Shown here one piece after another: positions 38,745-48,772 of a stretch of DNA of 64,000 nt (position 1 is the first letter of the stretch; each line of letters starts with the position of its first letter). The notes beneath the pieces were generated by a model. That model had not been told where the DNA came from, ran no database searches, and saw only the letters and a program-made list of their open reading frames with translations. The DNA is from a virus (taxonomy: Duplodnaviria; Caudoviricetes): IMG/VR virus record IMGVR_UViG_2933330693_000001, positions 6,748 through 70,747 of that record; one strand, written 5' to 3'. The position numbers and the translations under genes are program-made.

Positions 38745-39921
38745 TCTCCAGCTCGGCCGCCTAGTGCTGCGGGAGACGATGACGCTCACCGAGAGCGCCT
38801 ACCAGGGGTGGAGCCTGCACATCAACGGCGTCGAGGTCTGCCCGATGATCACACGCGATGAGGTGTGGGACCGCTTCGATGGTGTCCTCGGCGGCCAGGG
38901 CGGGCTGGTGCAGGCGATCTGGGAGGAGAAGTCCGAGCGCAACGGCTACTACACCATCTCCAGCGCGTCGGGCGAGGTGAAGGACCGCAAGCGGCAGGGC
39001 ATCACCGAGATCGCCTGGAAGATTTCGCTGCAGCGGCACGGCCCCGACACCGACGTCGACCTGGAGAGCCGGCTCAGCGGCGCGGTGCGGGCGAACGACT
39101 TCTCGCTGACCGGCGAAAGGTGGAGCGCGCCGAGCGTCGGCCACTACGCCTACTACACCGGGCCGACGGCCCCGTCGGTGATGACGCGGGCCAGCACGGA
39201 CGGGCTGATCACCGTGTATCGCGGCGTGCCGGCCGGGGTGAGCCCGCGGTGGGGCTGCCGGGTGGAGGACTACCTTCGCGGCCGGGTGAGGGTTCTCAAC
39301 GCGGGGACGGAGCGGGTGGGGACGGCGCACCCGCTGGACGAGGACGGCTGGGAGCTGGCCAACGGGCTCGTCCGCGTCCGGCCCTTGGCTGGCGGCGGGA
39401 GCCTGGAGGTCGCCTCCTTCACCGGCGGCGCGTGGCGGCCCAAGAGCTGGTGGATCGACATCGGCGGCACGCAGATCACGAGCTGGGACTCGGCATCGGT
39501 GCTGCGCAACGACCTGGAGAGCTGCATCGTACGGCTCGCCGTACGCCGCTCGCCGGTCGGCCGCGCCTACCTCGACCTCACCCTGCGGCGCGGCTCCCGG
39601 ATCGTGGAGGGGTATCTGCAGCGCGGCGACTCGGGCACCATGTCGGTCTACCTCGCCAGCGCGGAGACCTGCACGGACGCCACCTCGTACGTGGTGCGCT
39701 CCACCGACGACGGCAACGGGAACCGGGTCATCGCCGGCAGCGCTCGCAACTTCGACCCGCACGCGAGCGGGGGGCTGACGAAGACCAGTTCGACGGCGAT
39801 GGACTTCTTCCTCGGCGCGGTGGTCGGCGGCAGCAGCGCGGTGTCCGGAGACCAGGCCACCCACCTCAGAGATCAATACATCGGCGCGCTCCCCGAAGTC
39901 GTCGCGGCCGTAAGGAGGTGA
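38737..39921 (+). CDS. Minor tail protein (distal-tail position)
   Basis: Immediately after tape measure. Confidence 0.65.
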   Translation: MADLQLGRLVLRETMTLTESAYQGWSLHINGVEVCPMITRDEVWDRFDGVLGGQGGLVQAIWEEKSERNGYYTISSASGEVKDRKRQGITEIAWKISLQRHGPDTDVDLESRLSGAVRANDFSLTGERWSAPSVGHYAYYTGPTAPSVMTRASTDGLITVYRGVPAGVSPRWGCRVEDYLRGRVRVLNAGTERVGTAHPLDEDGWELANGLVRVRPLAGGGSLEVASFTGGAWRPKSWWIDIGGTQITSWDSASVLRNDLESCIVRLAVRRSPVGRAYLDLTLRRGSRIVEGYLQRGDSGTMSVYLASAETCTDATSYVVRSTDDGNGNRVIAGSARNFDPHASGGLTKTSSTAMDFFLGAVVGGSSAVSGDQATHLRDQYIGALPEVVAAVRR

Positions 39922-39924
39922 CGA

Positions 39925-42912
39925 GTGCCGGTCAACGAGAAGCTCATGGAGCTCGGGTCCTGGCAGCTCACCCTCGTCGAGGAAACCCCCAAGACGATCC
40001 TCGACCAGCTCGCCTACTTCGGGCACGTCGCGTTCATAGCCGGCCGCGTGGAGCCCGCACAGTACGGCGACCGGCTCCTCACCATGGCCCGGTATGTGGG
40101 CGTCTTCACCGGCAAGGACGTCGACCACATCCGCAAGACCATCGACGGCCAAGGGATGGCCCTGTGGTTGAGCGACAACGACGACAAGGGCGACCTGCTC
40201 GAAACCCCCGTCCAGATCAGCGGGGCCACGTTCGCCAACGCCATCCGGGCGATCCTCGGCACGGGCACCGCAGTCGTCGAAGGCACCCTGTACAGCGGGG
40301 TCCCGGGCATCTACACCGGCCGGCACGTCTACCAGTCGCGGCGCAAGGCGATCAACTTCATCTGCACCACGATGGGCGCCGAGTGGAAGGTCACCGGGGA
40401 CGGCAAGCTCGACGCCGGCCCCGCGACGAGCCTGTACAGCGCGACACCGGACACGGTGATCGTCCGACGGCGCCCTAATCGCCACACGGACGGCGACGAC
40501 CTGACCATGCACGGGCTGCGCGGCGACATGGGCGTCGCCAGCGACGTGGACGACTGGACGTCCCGGCTCGTGCTCCTGGCCGAGGGCCAAGGTGACGCGA
40601 TCGCGACGGCCGCGGCCAACAACCCGGCCAACCCGTACAAGGACCTGCGCGGCCAGGCGGTCAACCGCGTGCGGGTGATCTCGGAGTCGACCACTGCGCC
40701 GGGGAACGCGGCGGCTCGGGCCAGCTACCAGTTGTCTCAGTTCCTCACTCCTCGCAGCGCGATGCGGCTGACGACGGACGACTATGACGTCGAGGGTGCA
40801 TTCGCGGTCGGCGACTGGGCTTACGTGTACGCCCCGGACGAGGGGCTGGTGGACCCGGCCAACGAGGTCACGTTCAGGGGGGAGCGGATCAACCCGGTCA
40901 AACTGCGGATGGTGGGTGCGAGCTGGCCGATCCGCGAGGGGATGACGGTCGCGTACCGGGACTTGAATGGCGGCTGGCTGGATCTGACCCCGTACGTGGA
41001 TTGGGAGGGCGGGGAGACGACGGTGACCGTCGGCGACCTGCTCCGGGCGTTGTCGTCGGGTGGGCTGGAGCCGGTCGGGGATCGGCCGGTCCCCGACTCG
41101 ACGATCCCTGGCGCGGTGTCGTGGGATCTGCCGTTCCTGTCCGGCGTCTACCTGGACGCTCTCGGCAACACCCGCGCGAAGATGCTGGTGAAGTGGGATT
41201 TGCCGCTCAACGTGGACGGCAGCACCGTCCTCGACGGCGACCACTACGAGATCCAGTCGGGCGTCTCCCCGGCCAGCGACTGGCACACGTCGTACGCGGC
41301 GTGGGGCGACCTGCAGGCCATGGTCCTCGACCTGTCGCCCGGCGTCGTGTACGACTTCAGGATCCGCGCGGTCGATTCCTCCGGCAATCAGGGCGCCTGG
41401 TCGGCGATCGAGACGGCCGTCGCGAACCCGGACACCATCCCACCGTCGACGCCGGCCGCGCCGACGGTGGCGGCGTCGCTGATCGCCATCCAGATCACGC
41501 ACCAGCTCGGCAAAGCCTCGGGCGGGACCTTCAACCTCGAACTCGACGTCGACCACCTCGAAGTGCACGTCGGCGCCACGTCGGGCTTCACGCCGGACAG
41601 CACGACGCTGCGCGGCAAGGTCGCCGCGAACGCGGGCATGATGCAGGCTCAGATCGCCGCCGTCGGCACGGTGCCGGAGTCGAACACGACGCTGCGGCAG
41701 GTCAAGGTCATCGCCGTCGATCAGGCCGGCAACCGCTCGGCTCCCTCGGCCGCCGCGTCCGTGACCGCCCAGCTGATCGACAACGCACACATCACCTCGC
41801 TGGCCGTGGACAAGGTGACCGCGGGGACCATCGGCGCGAACTGGATCCTCGGCGCCAACATCGGCACCGCCGCATCCGGGCAGCGCGTCGAGCTGAACGC
41901 GAGCGGCCTGCACGGCTTCAACAGCGGCGGCGCCGAGCTGGTGACGCTGTCCAACACGGGCTCGTTCACGCTACGGTCAGCCGCGTCTGGATCGCGCGTG
42001 CAACTTGACACCACCGGGCTGAAGGTGTTCAGCGGGTCCGTCGAGGTCGTGTCGCTGCTGGCGACCGGCTCGTTCACCCTGCGGTCGGCCGCAAGCGGTG
42101 CGCGGGCCGAGCTGGACACGTCCGGCTTGCGGATCATCAACGGCGGCGGCACGACGACTGTCGATCTCAACGCCACAACCGGCTCGTTCCTTCTACGCTC
42201 ATCGACGACCGGCAGCCGGATCGTGATCGACCAGACCGGGTTGGAGCTCTACAACTCCGGCGGCGAGAAGGTCGTGGACCTCAACTCGGCGGACGGGTCG
42301 GCGCTTTTCGTCGGCACGCTCAGCTCCAGCGTGTCGTCTCAGAAGCGGATGGTCATCAACCCCGGCGGGCAGGAGAGCGAAATCCGCTTCTACGAAGAGT
42401 ACGACCTGGGCGAGTACCACTACATCACTCAGAATATTGGCGGCACACACATTTTCGAGATCGGCTCGGCGTACCAGTCGGCGAACAAGATTCGTTTCCG
42501 CATGGAGTCTCAAGCCGGGTTCGACATTTTGAAGCAAAACTCGCTCGGCGATCGAACTGGCGGCTTCATCTCCAGTTACGGCGAGATGGACATCGGATAC
42601 CAGGACGGCGCAGAGATCCGGATGAAGGCCGACGACTGGATCGACTTCTTCGGAAAGATGGGTAGCCCGTCGTTCGGCGACCAGATGTTCATGCGGGGAG
42701 AGGCGGAGTTCCCTGCGGGCACGACGGGCAGCATCGGGTACGGCTTCACGTTCACTGGCGGACTGCCTGTGCTGACGACCACCATGTTCAACTCGGCCGG
42801 CCCGCATGGTGTCTGTGTGAGCTCACGAAGCGATGGCGGGTTCGGTTTCTCCACTACTGGCGGCGCGCCGGGCGTTACGTACCGGGTTATGTTCTGGGTT
42901 TGGAAGCAATGA
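39925..42912 (+). CDS. Central tail fibre/host-specificity protein with FN3 domains and beta repeats
   Basis: LSPGVVYDFRIRAVDSSGNQGAWS (FN3); repeated GSFTLRSAASG.R.ELD.TGL; lower-GC C-terminus. Confidence 0.8.
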   Translation: MPVNEKLMELGSWQLTLVEETPKTILDQLAYFGHVAFIAGRVEPAQYGDRLLTMARYVGVFTGKDVDHIRKTIDGQGMALWLSDNDDKGDLLETPVQISGATFANAIRAILGTGTAVVEGTLYSGVPGIYTGRHVYQSRRKAINFICTTMGAEWKVTGDGKLDAGPATSLYSATPDTVIVRRRPNRHTDGDDLTMHGLRGDMGVASDVDDWTSRLVLLAEGQGDAIATAAANNPANPYKDLRGQAVNRVRVISESTTAPGNAAARASYQLSQFLTPRSAMRLTTDDYDVEGAFAVGDWAYVYAPDEGLVDPANEVTFRGERINPVKLRMVGASWPIREGMTVAYRDLNGGWLDLTPYVDWEGGETTVTVGDLLRALSSGGLEPVGDRPVPDSTIPGAVSWDLPFLSGVYLDALGNTRAKMLVKWDLPLNVDGSTVLDGDHYEIQSGVSPASDWHTSYAAWGDLQAMVLDLSPGVVYDFRIRAVDSSGNQGAWSAIETAVANPDTIPPSTPAAPTVAASLIAIQITHQLGKASGGTFNLELDVDHLEVHVGATSGFTPDSTTLRGKVAANAGMMQAQIAAVGTVPESNTTLRQVKVIAVDQAGNRSAPSAAASVTAQLIDNAHITSLAVDKVTAGTIGANWILGANIGTAASGQRVELNASGLHGFNSGGAELVTLSNTGSFTLRSAASGSRVQLDTTGLKVFSGSVEVVSLLATGSFTLRSAASGARAELDTSGLRIINGGGTTTVDLNATTGSFLLRSSTTGSRIVIDQTGLELYNSGGEKVVDLNSADGSALFVGTLSSSVSSQKRMVINPGGQESEIRFYEEYDLGEYHYITQNIGGTHIFEIGSAYQSANKIRFRMESQAGFDILKQNSLGDRTGGFISSYGEMDIGYQDGAEIRMKADDWIDFFGKMGSPSFGDQMFMRGEAEFPAGTTGSIGYGFTFTGGLPVLTTTMFNSAGPHGVCVSSRSDGGFGFSTTGGAPGVTYRVMFWVWKQ

Positions 42913-43460
42913 TCACACGCGAGATTGTTGATGCGTACATGCATATTGGTGACGACGACACCGAATGGTGGATGATCGCCACAGCTAATCCTGACGGCAG
43001 CCACCACGTCTACGCGTTGCCCGCATGCACTTTCGAGAACCTCGCCGCCGAGTACGGATTCGACGCCGACGACATCGACCATTTGCTTAAGGTGGCGATG
43101 CTGCAGCTCCACATCCCGCACCTGCTGCCCAAGGAGAATGCCGCCAAGGACCCGGCCGCCGCCAAGGGGCTGGTGCATCAGGGCAAGCCGGTGACCCTGG
43201 GGAACGCGGCCACCACCGCGCAGGCGCGTGAGGCGCACCTGGAGCGGATCGCGTGGGTGGAACAGAACGCCGTCAGGGTGGTTGACCCAGTGCCAGGGCG
43301 GAAGCGGACGTCACCGGCGGGAAACGCGCTCGCTGCCGACACCGTCGAGGTGGAGCCGCACGAGCGGCTGCGCGCCCTCAAGCAGACCTACAAGCCGGAC
43401 CCGCGCCGCATCGAACGCACTCGCCGGCATCTTGCCGCCAAGCTCAGGAGGGACATGTAG
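42909..43460 (+). CDS. Hypothetical tail-associated protein
   Basis: Coupled to fibre gene; LAAEYGFD. Confidence 0.55.
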   Translation: MITREIVDAYMHIGDDDTEWWMIATANPDGSHHVYALPACTFENLAAEYGFDADDIDHLLKVAMLQLHIPHLLPKENAAKDPAAAKGLVHQGKPVTLGNAATTAQAREAHLERIAWVEQNAVRVVDPVPGRKRTSPAGNALAADTVEVEPHERLRALKQTYKPDPRRIERTRRHLAAKLRRDM

Positions 43461-43628
43461 ATGGGCATCAGCGTGGATCTCAACGCCATCGCCGCACGCC
43501 AGCGTCAGCGTCTCGCCGACGCGCTGTACGAGCTGGACGCCGTCAGCGTCGCCTTGGAGGACGTCACGGCCGAACGTGACGAGGCGCGCGCCGAGGTGGA
43601 ACGGCTGCGCGCCGCGCCCGACGCCTAG
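43461..43628 (+). CDS. Small coiled-coil protein
   Basis: MGISVDLNAIAARQRQRLADALYELDAV...; below ORF-track cut-off. Confidence 0.5.
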   Translation: MGISVDLNAIAARQRQRLADALYELDAVSVALEDVTAERDEARAEVERLRAAPDA

Positions 43629-43963
43629 TACCGGGGCGGGTACGGCGGCTGATGCTGCTGCTGGACAGGGACCGTCCGCTTCACCTTCCAGCCGATGAAC
43701 GTGACCGGGATCGCGACGAGCAGCCAGAGCCCGATCGTCAATATGGCCAGCCACCAATGCAGGAACACCCACAGGCAGCCGTGCACGATCGCCGTGATGG
43801 GGTTGAAGCCCCGCTCCCGCACGGTCACCATCTGCACCGGCCCGTACTGCGGGCCCGGCACCGGCAGGTGCGGCTGGCTGTACGGCTGCGGCTGGTACGG
43901 CTGCCCCCCGTACTGAGGCCCTGACTGGCCGTACGGGTCGTTCGGCTGCTGCGGATAGCCCAC
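43625..43963 (-). CDS. Counter-oriented Pro/Gln/Tyr-rich membrane protein (moron-like)
   Basis: GYPQQPNDPYGQ...HWWLAILTIGLWLLV. Confidence 0.6.
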   Translation of the reverse strand: MGYPQQPNDPYGQSGPQYGGQPYQPQPYSQPHLPVPGPQYGPVQMVTVRERGFNPITAIVHGCLWVFLHWWLAILTIGLWLLVAIPVTFIGWKVKRTVPVQQQHQPPYPPRY

Positions 43964-44117
43964 GTTGATCTCCAATGGCCGGGCATGTGAGACGCCTCCA
44001 GCATCCCCCGGGTTTACCCGCACCGCATGTCCGGATCCGGACACCTGATCGTGCCGCCCGTCTGCTGAGGGTGCGGGGCGGGCGGCACCCACCTTCCCTG
44101 GCCCGGCGAGGAGTGAC

Positions 44118-44438
44118 GTGACTGATGCGCCATCCCCTGGCGAACTCTCCCGCCGAATCGACGGGGTGACCGCCATGTACGCCCAGCTCGTCACCCGAAC
44201 CGAGTACACCGCCGAGCAGCGTCTGGTCGAACGCCGGTTCGCCGAGGTCGAGAAGGACGTCGCCGACTTGCAGCGGGTGCTCGCCGAGGACATGCGGGCG
44301 ATGAAAACCAGCATCGAGGCGGCGGCGGAGAAGCGGGGCAGCAACATGCGGCAGGCCGTCTACGCGGGCGTTCTGCCGGCGGTGCTCGTCCTACTGGGCA
44401 TCGTGGTGCAGATCTGGATCGCCTTGCGGGGGGCGTGA
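44118..44438 (+). CDS. Coiled-coil protein with C-terminal TM (lysis cassette)
   Basis: [14 protein letters not shown]; terminal hydrophobic helix. Confidence 0.6.
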   Translation: MTDAPSPGELSRRIDGVTAMYAQLVTRTEYTAEQRLVERRFAEVEKDVADLQRVLAEDMRAMKTSIEAAAEKRGSNMRQAVYAGVLPAVLVLLGIVVQIWIALRGA

Positions 44439-45022
44439 TGGGGCAGCATGTGCGCCGGCTCGGGCGTAACTGGGTGCTGTTCGCCGCCGGGGCGACCCTG
44501 TCGGTGCTGGCTGTGGTCGTGTCGTTCCAGATCCACTCGTTCGGGGAGCGGCTCCGCCAGGCGGAAGACGACCGGGCCGTGCTGTCCGATCAGGTGGAGC
44601 GTCTCGGCGGGGTGCCGCTCGTGTCCCCTTCCGCGTCCCCGGGGCCGCGTGGCCAGCGCGGGCAGACCGGGGCGACAGGGACACCCGGCGTGTCCGGGCG
44701 CCCAGGCAAGGACGGGACCGATGGCACGGCGGGCCCTACGGGGCCGCCTGGCCCGACCGGTCCGCAGGGTAGTCCTGGGCCTCGCGGCGAGCCTGGCGAG
44801 ACCGTGACGGGCCCTCCAGGCGCGCAGGGCGATCCCGGTGAAGACGGCCAGGACGGCCGGGACGGCGCCCAAGGCCCGAAGGGCGACACCGGCGAGCCGG
44901 GACCGCGCGGGGACCCCGGGCCGCCGCCGGCGGGCTGGAGCTTCACCTACCTCGGCGTCACCTACCAGTGCGAGCCGGCCTCGCCCGGATCCACCACCTA
45001 CACCTGCAAGCCGGGAGGCTGA
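44435..45022 (+). CDS. Membrane-anchored collagen-like protein
   Basis: N-terminal TM, long Gly-X-Y run, C-terminal WSFT..YQC..YTC. Confidence 0.85.
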   Translation: MMGQHVRRLGRNWVLFAAGATLSVLAVVVSFQIHSFGERLRQAEDDRAVLSDQVERLGGVPLVSPSASPGPRGQRGQTGATGTPGVSGRPGKDGTDGTAGPTGPPGPTGPQGSPGPRGEPGETVTGPPGAQGDPGEDGQDGRDGAQGPKGDTGEPGPRGDPGPPPAGWSFTYLGVTYQCEPASPGSTTYTCKPGG

Positions 45023-45023
45023 C

Positions 45024-45764
45024 ATGAAGATCGTGACCCGCGCCGGCTGGAAGGCCCGCACCCCCGAGAACGTCCTCACCGTGCCCTGGTCGGTCCGGAC
45101 TGAGTTCTTCGTCCACCACACCGACGGGCCCCGCGACCAGAGCATCAAGTCCATCCAGGACTTCCACATGGGCCCGCAACGCGGCTGGTCCGACGTGGGC
45201 TACAACTTCCTCGTCCGCGACGACGGCACCATCTACGAGGGCCGCGGCTGGCTCGTCGTCGGCGCGCACTGCCCCGACCACAACCGGACCGGCATCTCGG
45301 CCGCGTACATCGGCGACAACAACCCCACCGACGCGGCGAGGCGGTCCATCCGCTGGCTGTACGACGAGGCGTGCCGGCGAGCTGGCCGAAAGCTGCGCAA
45401 GCTGGGCCACGGCGACTGCTACCCGACCGAGTGCCCGGGCCCGAAGCTGCAGGCGTGGGTCGACGCGGGTATGCCGGTCGCCGCGGCGGAGAAGGCGCCG
45501 AAGGTCGTGGTCAAGGACGGGATCCCGCAGTGGCCAGGCCGGACGCTGAAGGTGGGAGAGCCGATGCAGCGCGGCGACGACGTCAAGATGTGGCAGGCGA
45601 AGCTGGCGAAGCGCGGCTGGGCGATCGACGTGGACGGCTGGTACGGGCCGGCGTCGCGGACGGTGTGCCGGGGTTTCCAGAAGGCGACCGGGCTGCCCGC
45701 GACGGGCGTGGTGGACAGGGCGACGTGGGAGATGACGTGGTCGTGGCGGCCACCTGAGAAGTGA
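45024..45764 (+). CDS. Endolysin: PGRP-type amidase with PG-binding domain
   Basis: IVTRAGW, VHHT, RGWSDVGYNF, IYEGRG, GAHC, TECPG; VDGWYGP..FQ..TGVVD. Confidence 0.92.
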   Translation: MKIVTRAGWKARTPENVLTVPWSVRTEFFVHHTDGPRDQSIKSIQDFHMGPQRGWSDVGYNFLVRDDGTIYEGRGWLVVGAHCPDHNRTGISAAYIGDNNPTDAARRSIRWLYDEACRRAGRKLRKLGHGDCYPTECPGPKLQAWVDAGMPVAAAEKAPKVVVKDGIPQWPGRTLKVGEPMQRGDDVKMWQAKLAKRGWAIDVDGWYGPASRTVCRGFQKATGLPATGVVDRATWEMTWSWRPPEK

Positions 45765-45886
45765 TCGACGACCTGGCCCGGCTGTACCTCCAACGACAGC
45801 ACGGGTCTCCCACCTGCGGCGATGACGCCCGGGTTCCAGATTTCCGCCCCCGCGCGAGGGGCGGCGCATCCCCTGAGGAGGGGCCC

Positions 45887-46252
45887 ATGCAGGTCAAGAT
45901 TTTCGGGCACGAGCCCGCCGTCATCCTGTACGTGATCAACGCGGCGGTCGCGTTCCTGGTCACCATCCCCGCGGTAGGCCTCACCGAGGAGTCGTCCGGC
46001 TGGGTGATGACCATCGCGTCCGGCGTGGTCGCCCTCATCGTCGCTGTCCTGACCCGGCCGTGGGTCGTCTCCGCGCTGACTGGCGCGCTGTCCACCGTCC
46101 TGGCCGGGCTCGCGAGCTTCGGGCTGCCGTTGACGGAGCAGCAGTCGGGCGCGTTCGTGCTGCTCGTCTCGGCGGTGCTGGGTCTGCTGCTGCGGGCGAA
46201 CGTGTCGCCGGCGCCCGCCACGTCGTCGTATCCGCCGGGCATTCACGCCTGA
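45887..46252 (+). CDS. Holin-like membrane protein
   Basis: IFGHEPA; about four TM helices; RANVSP; after endolysin. Confidence 0.7.
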   Translation: MQVKIFGHEPAVILYVINAAVAFLVTIPAVGLTEESSGWVMTIASGVVALIVAVLTRPWVVSALTGALSTVLAGLASFGLPLTEQQSGAFVLLVSAVLGLLLRANVSPAPATSSYPPGIHA

Positions 46253-46419
46253 GCTTGCCTAGGCCGTGCCCACCGGCCCAGGTATGAGAAAGCCCCCGCC
46301 ACCCCGTTCGCGGGTGCGGCTACGCTGTGGCACCCGCGCGAGCGGCATAGCGGCGGGTTGGCCATCGTGCTGGCCTGACTCCGGGCGCGTCCCGGACAAG
46401 GAGCTCGGCTCCGCACGGC

Positions 46420-46460
46420 GAACGGCCCCGCACCTCTACGGAGGTGCGGGGCCGTTTTCG
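46420..46460. terminator. Intrinsic terminator between convergent late operon and leftward arm
   Basis: aacggccccgcacctc-tacg-gaggtgcggggccgtttt. Confidence 0.75.
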
Positions 46461-46496
46461 CGCTGTCCGGTCGCGGGTGGGTTCGAGCGCACCACC

Positions 46497-46697
46497 TCAG
46501 AGGAGGTCGCACACCTCATCGTGGCGGTGGGTCTCCGGATCACCGGACTCGACGTGGTCATAACAGGTGACGCCGGACACCTGCTGGCCGGAGGCGTTCC
46601 ACCACTCGCCGCCCTTCTGCGCGGGGGACCGGCGACCGCAGCACACGCAGTGCTCCACGGCCGGACCAGGGCAGGTCATCATGGTCTGGCTGGGCAT
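46497..46697 (-). CDS. Small Cys/His protein
   Basis: HCVCC..TCYDH. Confidence 0.4.
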   Translation of the reverse strand: MPSQTMMTCPGPAVEHCVCCGRRSPAQKGGEWWNASGQQVSGVTCYDHVESGDPETHRHDEVCDLL

Positions 46698-46730
46698 TGC
46701 CGTCTCCTCTGTGCTCAGCGGTGCTGTCTG

Positions 46731-47198
46731 CTACGCGAGGGCCTTTTCCAGGAGACGGCGGACCGTGGCGGCCCGCTTCTCGCCCGGGAGCGCGGCTGCG
46801 TCCACCCGGGTTTGCAGGTCCTCGCCGAGGCGGATGTTGATCGGCTCGCCGATCTTCGGCCGGCCCGGACCGGACTCCTCTTCCAGCTCGCCGAAGTGCT
46901 TCTCCACGACGTCGTCGTGCTCGCACGTCAGCAGCCACTGGCGGGCCCGGTCGGAGCTGATGAACTCGTGGGTGGTCTCCCGGCCCTGCCACTGCGACCA
47001 GTGCTTTAGGACCCATCGCCCCGACGTGGTCCGGTAGAGGGCCTCGTGCTCGAACTGTCCGCCGGCCACGAGGCTGACGTGGTTGTTGCCGTCCCAGCGG
47101 GTTGCCTCCTCGAACCGTTCGGCCTTCTCGGGGTCGAACCAGCCCTCCAGGATCCGGCCGTCGTACTCATCGAATCGGTAGACGTTCGTGCGTGCCAT
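46731..47198 (-). CDS. Protein with C-terminal ribbon-helix-helix
   Basis: EALYRTTSGRW; GRPKIGEPINIRL..VDAAA..RAATVRRLL. Confidence 0.7.
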   Translation of the reverse strand: MARTNVYRFDEYDGRILEGWFDPEKAERFEEATRWDGNNHVSLVAGGQFEHEALYRTTSGRWVLKHWSQWQGRETTHEFISSDRARQWLLTCEHDDVVEKHFGELEEESGPGRPKIGEPINIRLGEDLQTRVDAAALPGEKRAATVRRLLEKALA

Positions 47199-47211
47199 GA
47201 GCGATGTCCTC

Positions 47212-47928
47212 TCAGATGGTGATGGTGATGACCCAGTGGCCCTGGTCGTTCTTGGTGGCCTGGACCTTGCCTTGGGCGGCCCACCGCTGGACGGTGCGGA
47301 CGGAGACGCCGAGAACGGCGGCGGCCTCGCGGGTGGTGGCTTCCGTCCCCTCGGGCTCGGGGAGCAGGGCGTCGATCTCGGCGATGCGGGCGAGGAGCTG
47401 CTCGCGCTCGGCCAGGAGCGCGTCCACGTCCACGTTGCTGGTCTCGCCGACGATCTCGTAGCTGTCCTCGCGCTCCAGGCTCAGAGTGGCGCGGGGGATG
47501 TCGCGGACCTCTACGATGACGTCGGTGCCGGCGTCGATGTTCGGGTAGCGCATGCTGCCGCCGCTGCTGGCCAGCTTGCCTTCGATGAGGACGACGTTGG
47601 CGGCGAGGCGGACTGCGTCATCGCGTCCGGGGCGGTGGGCGATGCGCTGGCCGGCGAACTTGGCGAAGTTGTCGTACTTGCTGCCCTCGTGGTCGGCGAG
47701 GCGGACCCGGACGGTGACCAGGTCGCCGCTCTCGACGGGGTTGCCGTCCGTGCCGTACACCTGGCGGCACAGGTCGCGAACGCGCTGCTCGTCGCGGGCG
47801 TCGAACGTCCACGCCTTGGCGTAGCCGTCCCACTTGCCGCCGATGGTCTTGGCCTTGGTGACGAAATCGGCGTCGTAGGGGGAGATGACGCTGGTCTTGC
47901 CGTTCTCGGTGGTGACGGTGACGCTCAT
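47212..47928 (-). CDS. Protein with C-terminal HTH
   Basis: SPYDADFVTKAKTIGGKWD; TTREAAAVLGVSVRTVQRWAAQG. Confidence 0.7.
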   Translation of the reverse strand: MSVTVTTENGKTSVISPYDADFVTKAKTIGGKWDGYAKAWTFDARDEQRVRDLCRQVYGTDGNPVESGDLVTVRVRLADHEGSKYDNFAKFAGQRIAHRPGRDDAVRLAANVVLIEGKLASSGGSMRYPNIDAGTDVIVEVRDIPRATLSLEREDSYEIVGETSNVDVDALLAEREQLLARIAEIDALLPEPEGTEATTREAAAVLGVSVRTVQRWAAQGKVQATKNDQGHWVITITI

Positions 47929-47949
47929 CGCCCGACTCCTTAGCGGTGA

Positions 47950-48008
47950 TTTCCGATACCGTTAATGTAGTGGAGCATGAAGCAATAAGCAATACCGTTT
48001 ATTAGATA
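47950..48008 (-). promoter_or_regulatory. AT-rich promoter/operator with direct repeats
   Basis: ATACCGTT at 47956 and 47992; AGCAATA x2 at 47981-47994. Confidence 0.45.
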
Positions 48009-48290
48009 GATGGGGCCCGCCACTCCGTAGGGAGCAGCGGGCCGTTTCGTGCTGTAGATGACCGTGGAGCGGGTAGCGACCCTTTCGGACGATGCGGAGC
48101 ACCTGGCGGGGGCCGTGGCCGCGGTCGAGCACGATCGGCTCGACCTCGATGCCGTCAGGGCCGTACCACCTGCTCACGCCGGAATGCTACGCCGAAACGG
48201 ACACAAAATCCCACACCGGACACGCTGCGGATGGGGTGCCGCTCGTAGCCGCCGGCCCGGCGCGCGCAGTCCACGCCGGGAGCCTGGGCA

Positions 48291-48530
48291 CTACCAGAGG
48301 TAGTGCAGATACACCTGGAATGCGGGCAGCATGAGGCGCATGTCCTTCAGCTCGCCGTTAAGCAGATCGACCACGGCTTCGAGGATCTTCATGCCGTCCG
48401 GGCCGGTGACCTGCACGGAGCGGCGCGAGTGCCGCACGCCGCCCTCGTAGATCCAATACCAGCCGTCCCCATTTTGGACGAGGCGGTATGTGCCCGTCCT
48501 GGGCACCCACCACCCCGAGCTCGGGCTCAC
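48291..48530 (-). CDS. Hypothetical protein
   Basis: Coupled to upstream ORF. Confidence 0.4.
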   Translation of the reverse strand: MSPSSGWWVPRTGTYRLVQNGDGWYWIYEGGVRHSRRSVQVTGPDGMKILEAVVDLLNGELKDMRLMLPAFQVYLHYLW

Positions 48531-48772
48531 GGCCGGTCTCCCGCCGTGAACGGGATCTCGCGCGGCATGTCCCTGGCGTAGACGGCCAGAATCCGCAGCA
48601 TCGCCCCCTTGGCCACGACATCCTGCCGATCGTTGCCGGTGGCGGTGTCGCCGCTCCCCTTGTGACGCAGCCGGTAGCTGCCGTCGCCATCCTCGGTGAC
48701 GTCGCATTCCGGGATCTCCGGGACTGCCGCAGAGGGCTTGTCGTCAGCGGCTGCGCTCGTAGAATCGGCCAT
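48527..48772 (-). CDS. Hypothetical protein
   Basis: GGAGG RBS before ATG; divergent from gntR. Confidence 0.5.
   Translation of the reverse strand: MADSTSAAADDKPSAAVPEIPECDVTEDGDGSYRLRHKGSGDTATGNDRQDVVAKGAMLRILAVYARDMPREIPFTAGDRP

Noticed and set aside
26468-41913. Very long alternative-frame and antisense ORFs (e.g. 26468..28912, 27150..29807, 38761..41913)
   Set aside because: Shadow ORFs expected at this GC content; they overlap well-supported genes and are Arg/Pro/Gly-rich without motifs.
41880-42912. Diversity-generating retroelement acting on the tail fibre
   Set aside because: No reverse transcriptase and no TR/VR pair seen; the repeats are in-frame protein repeats.
46468-46500. 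tRNA fragment or att copy near GGGTTCGAG after the lysis terminator
   Set aside because: No T-arm stem and no extended match to the tRNA-Pro 3' sequence at 63954-64000.
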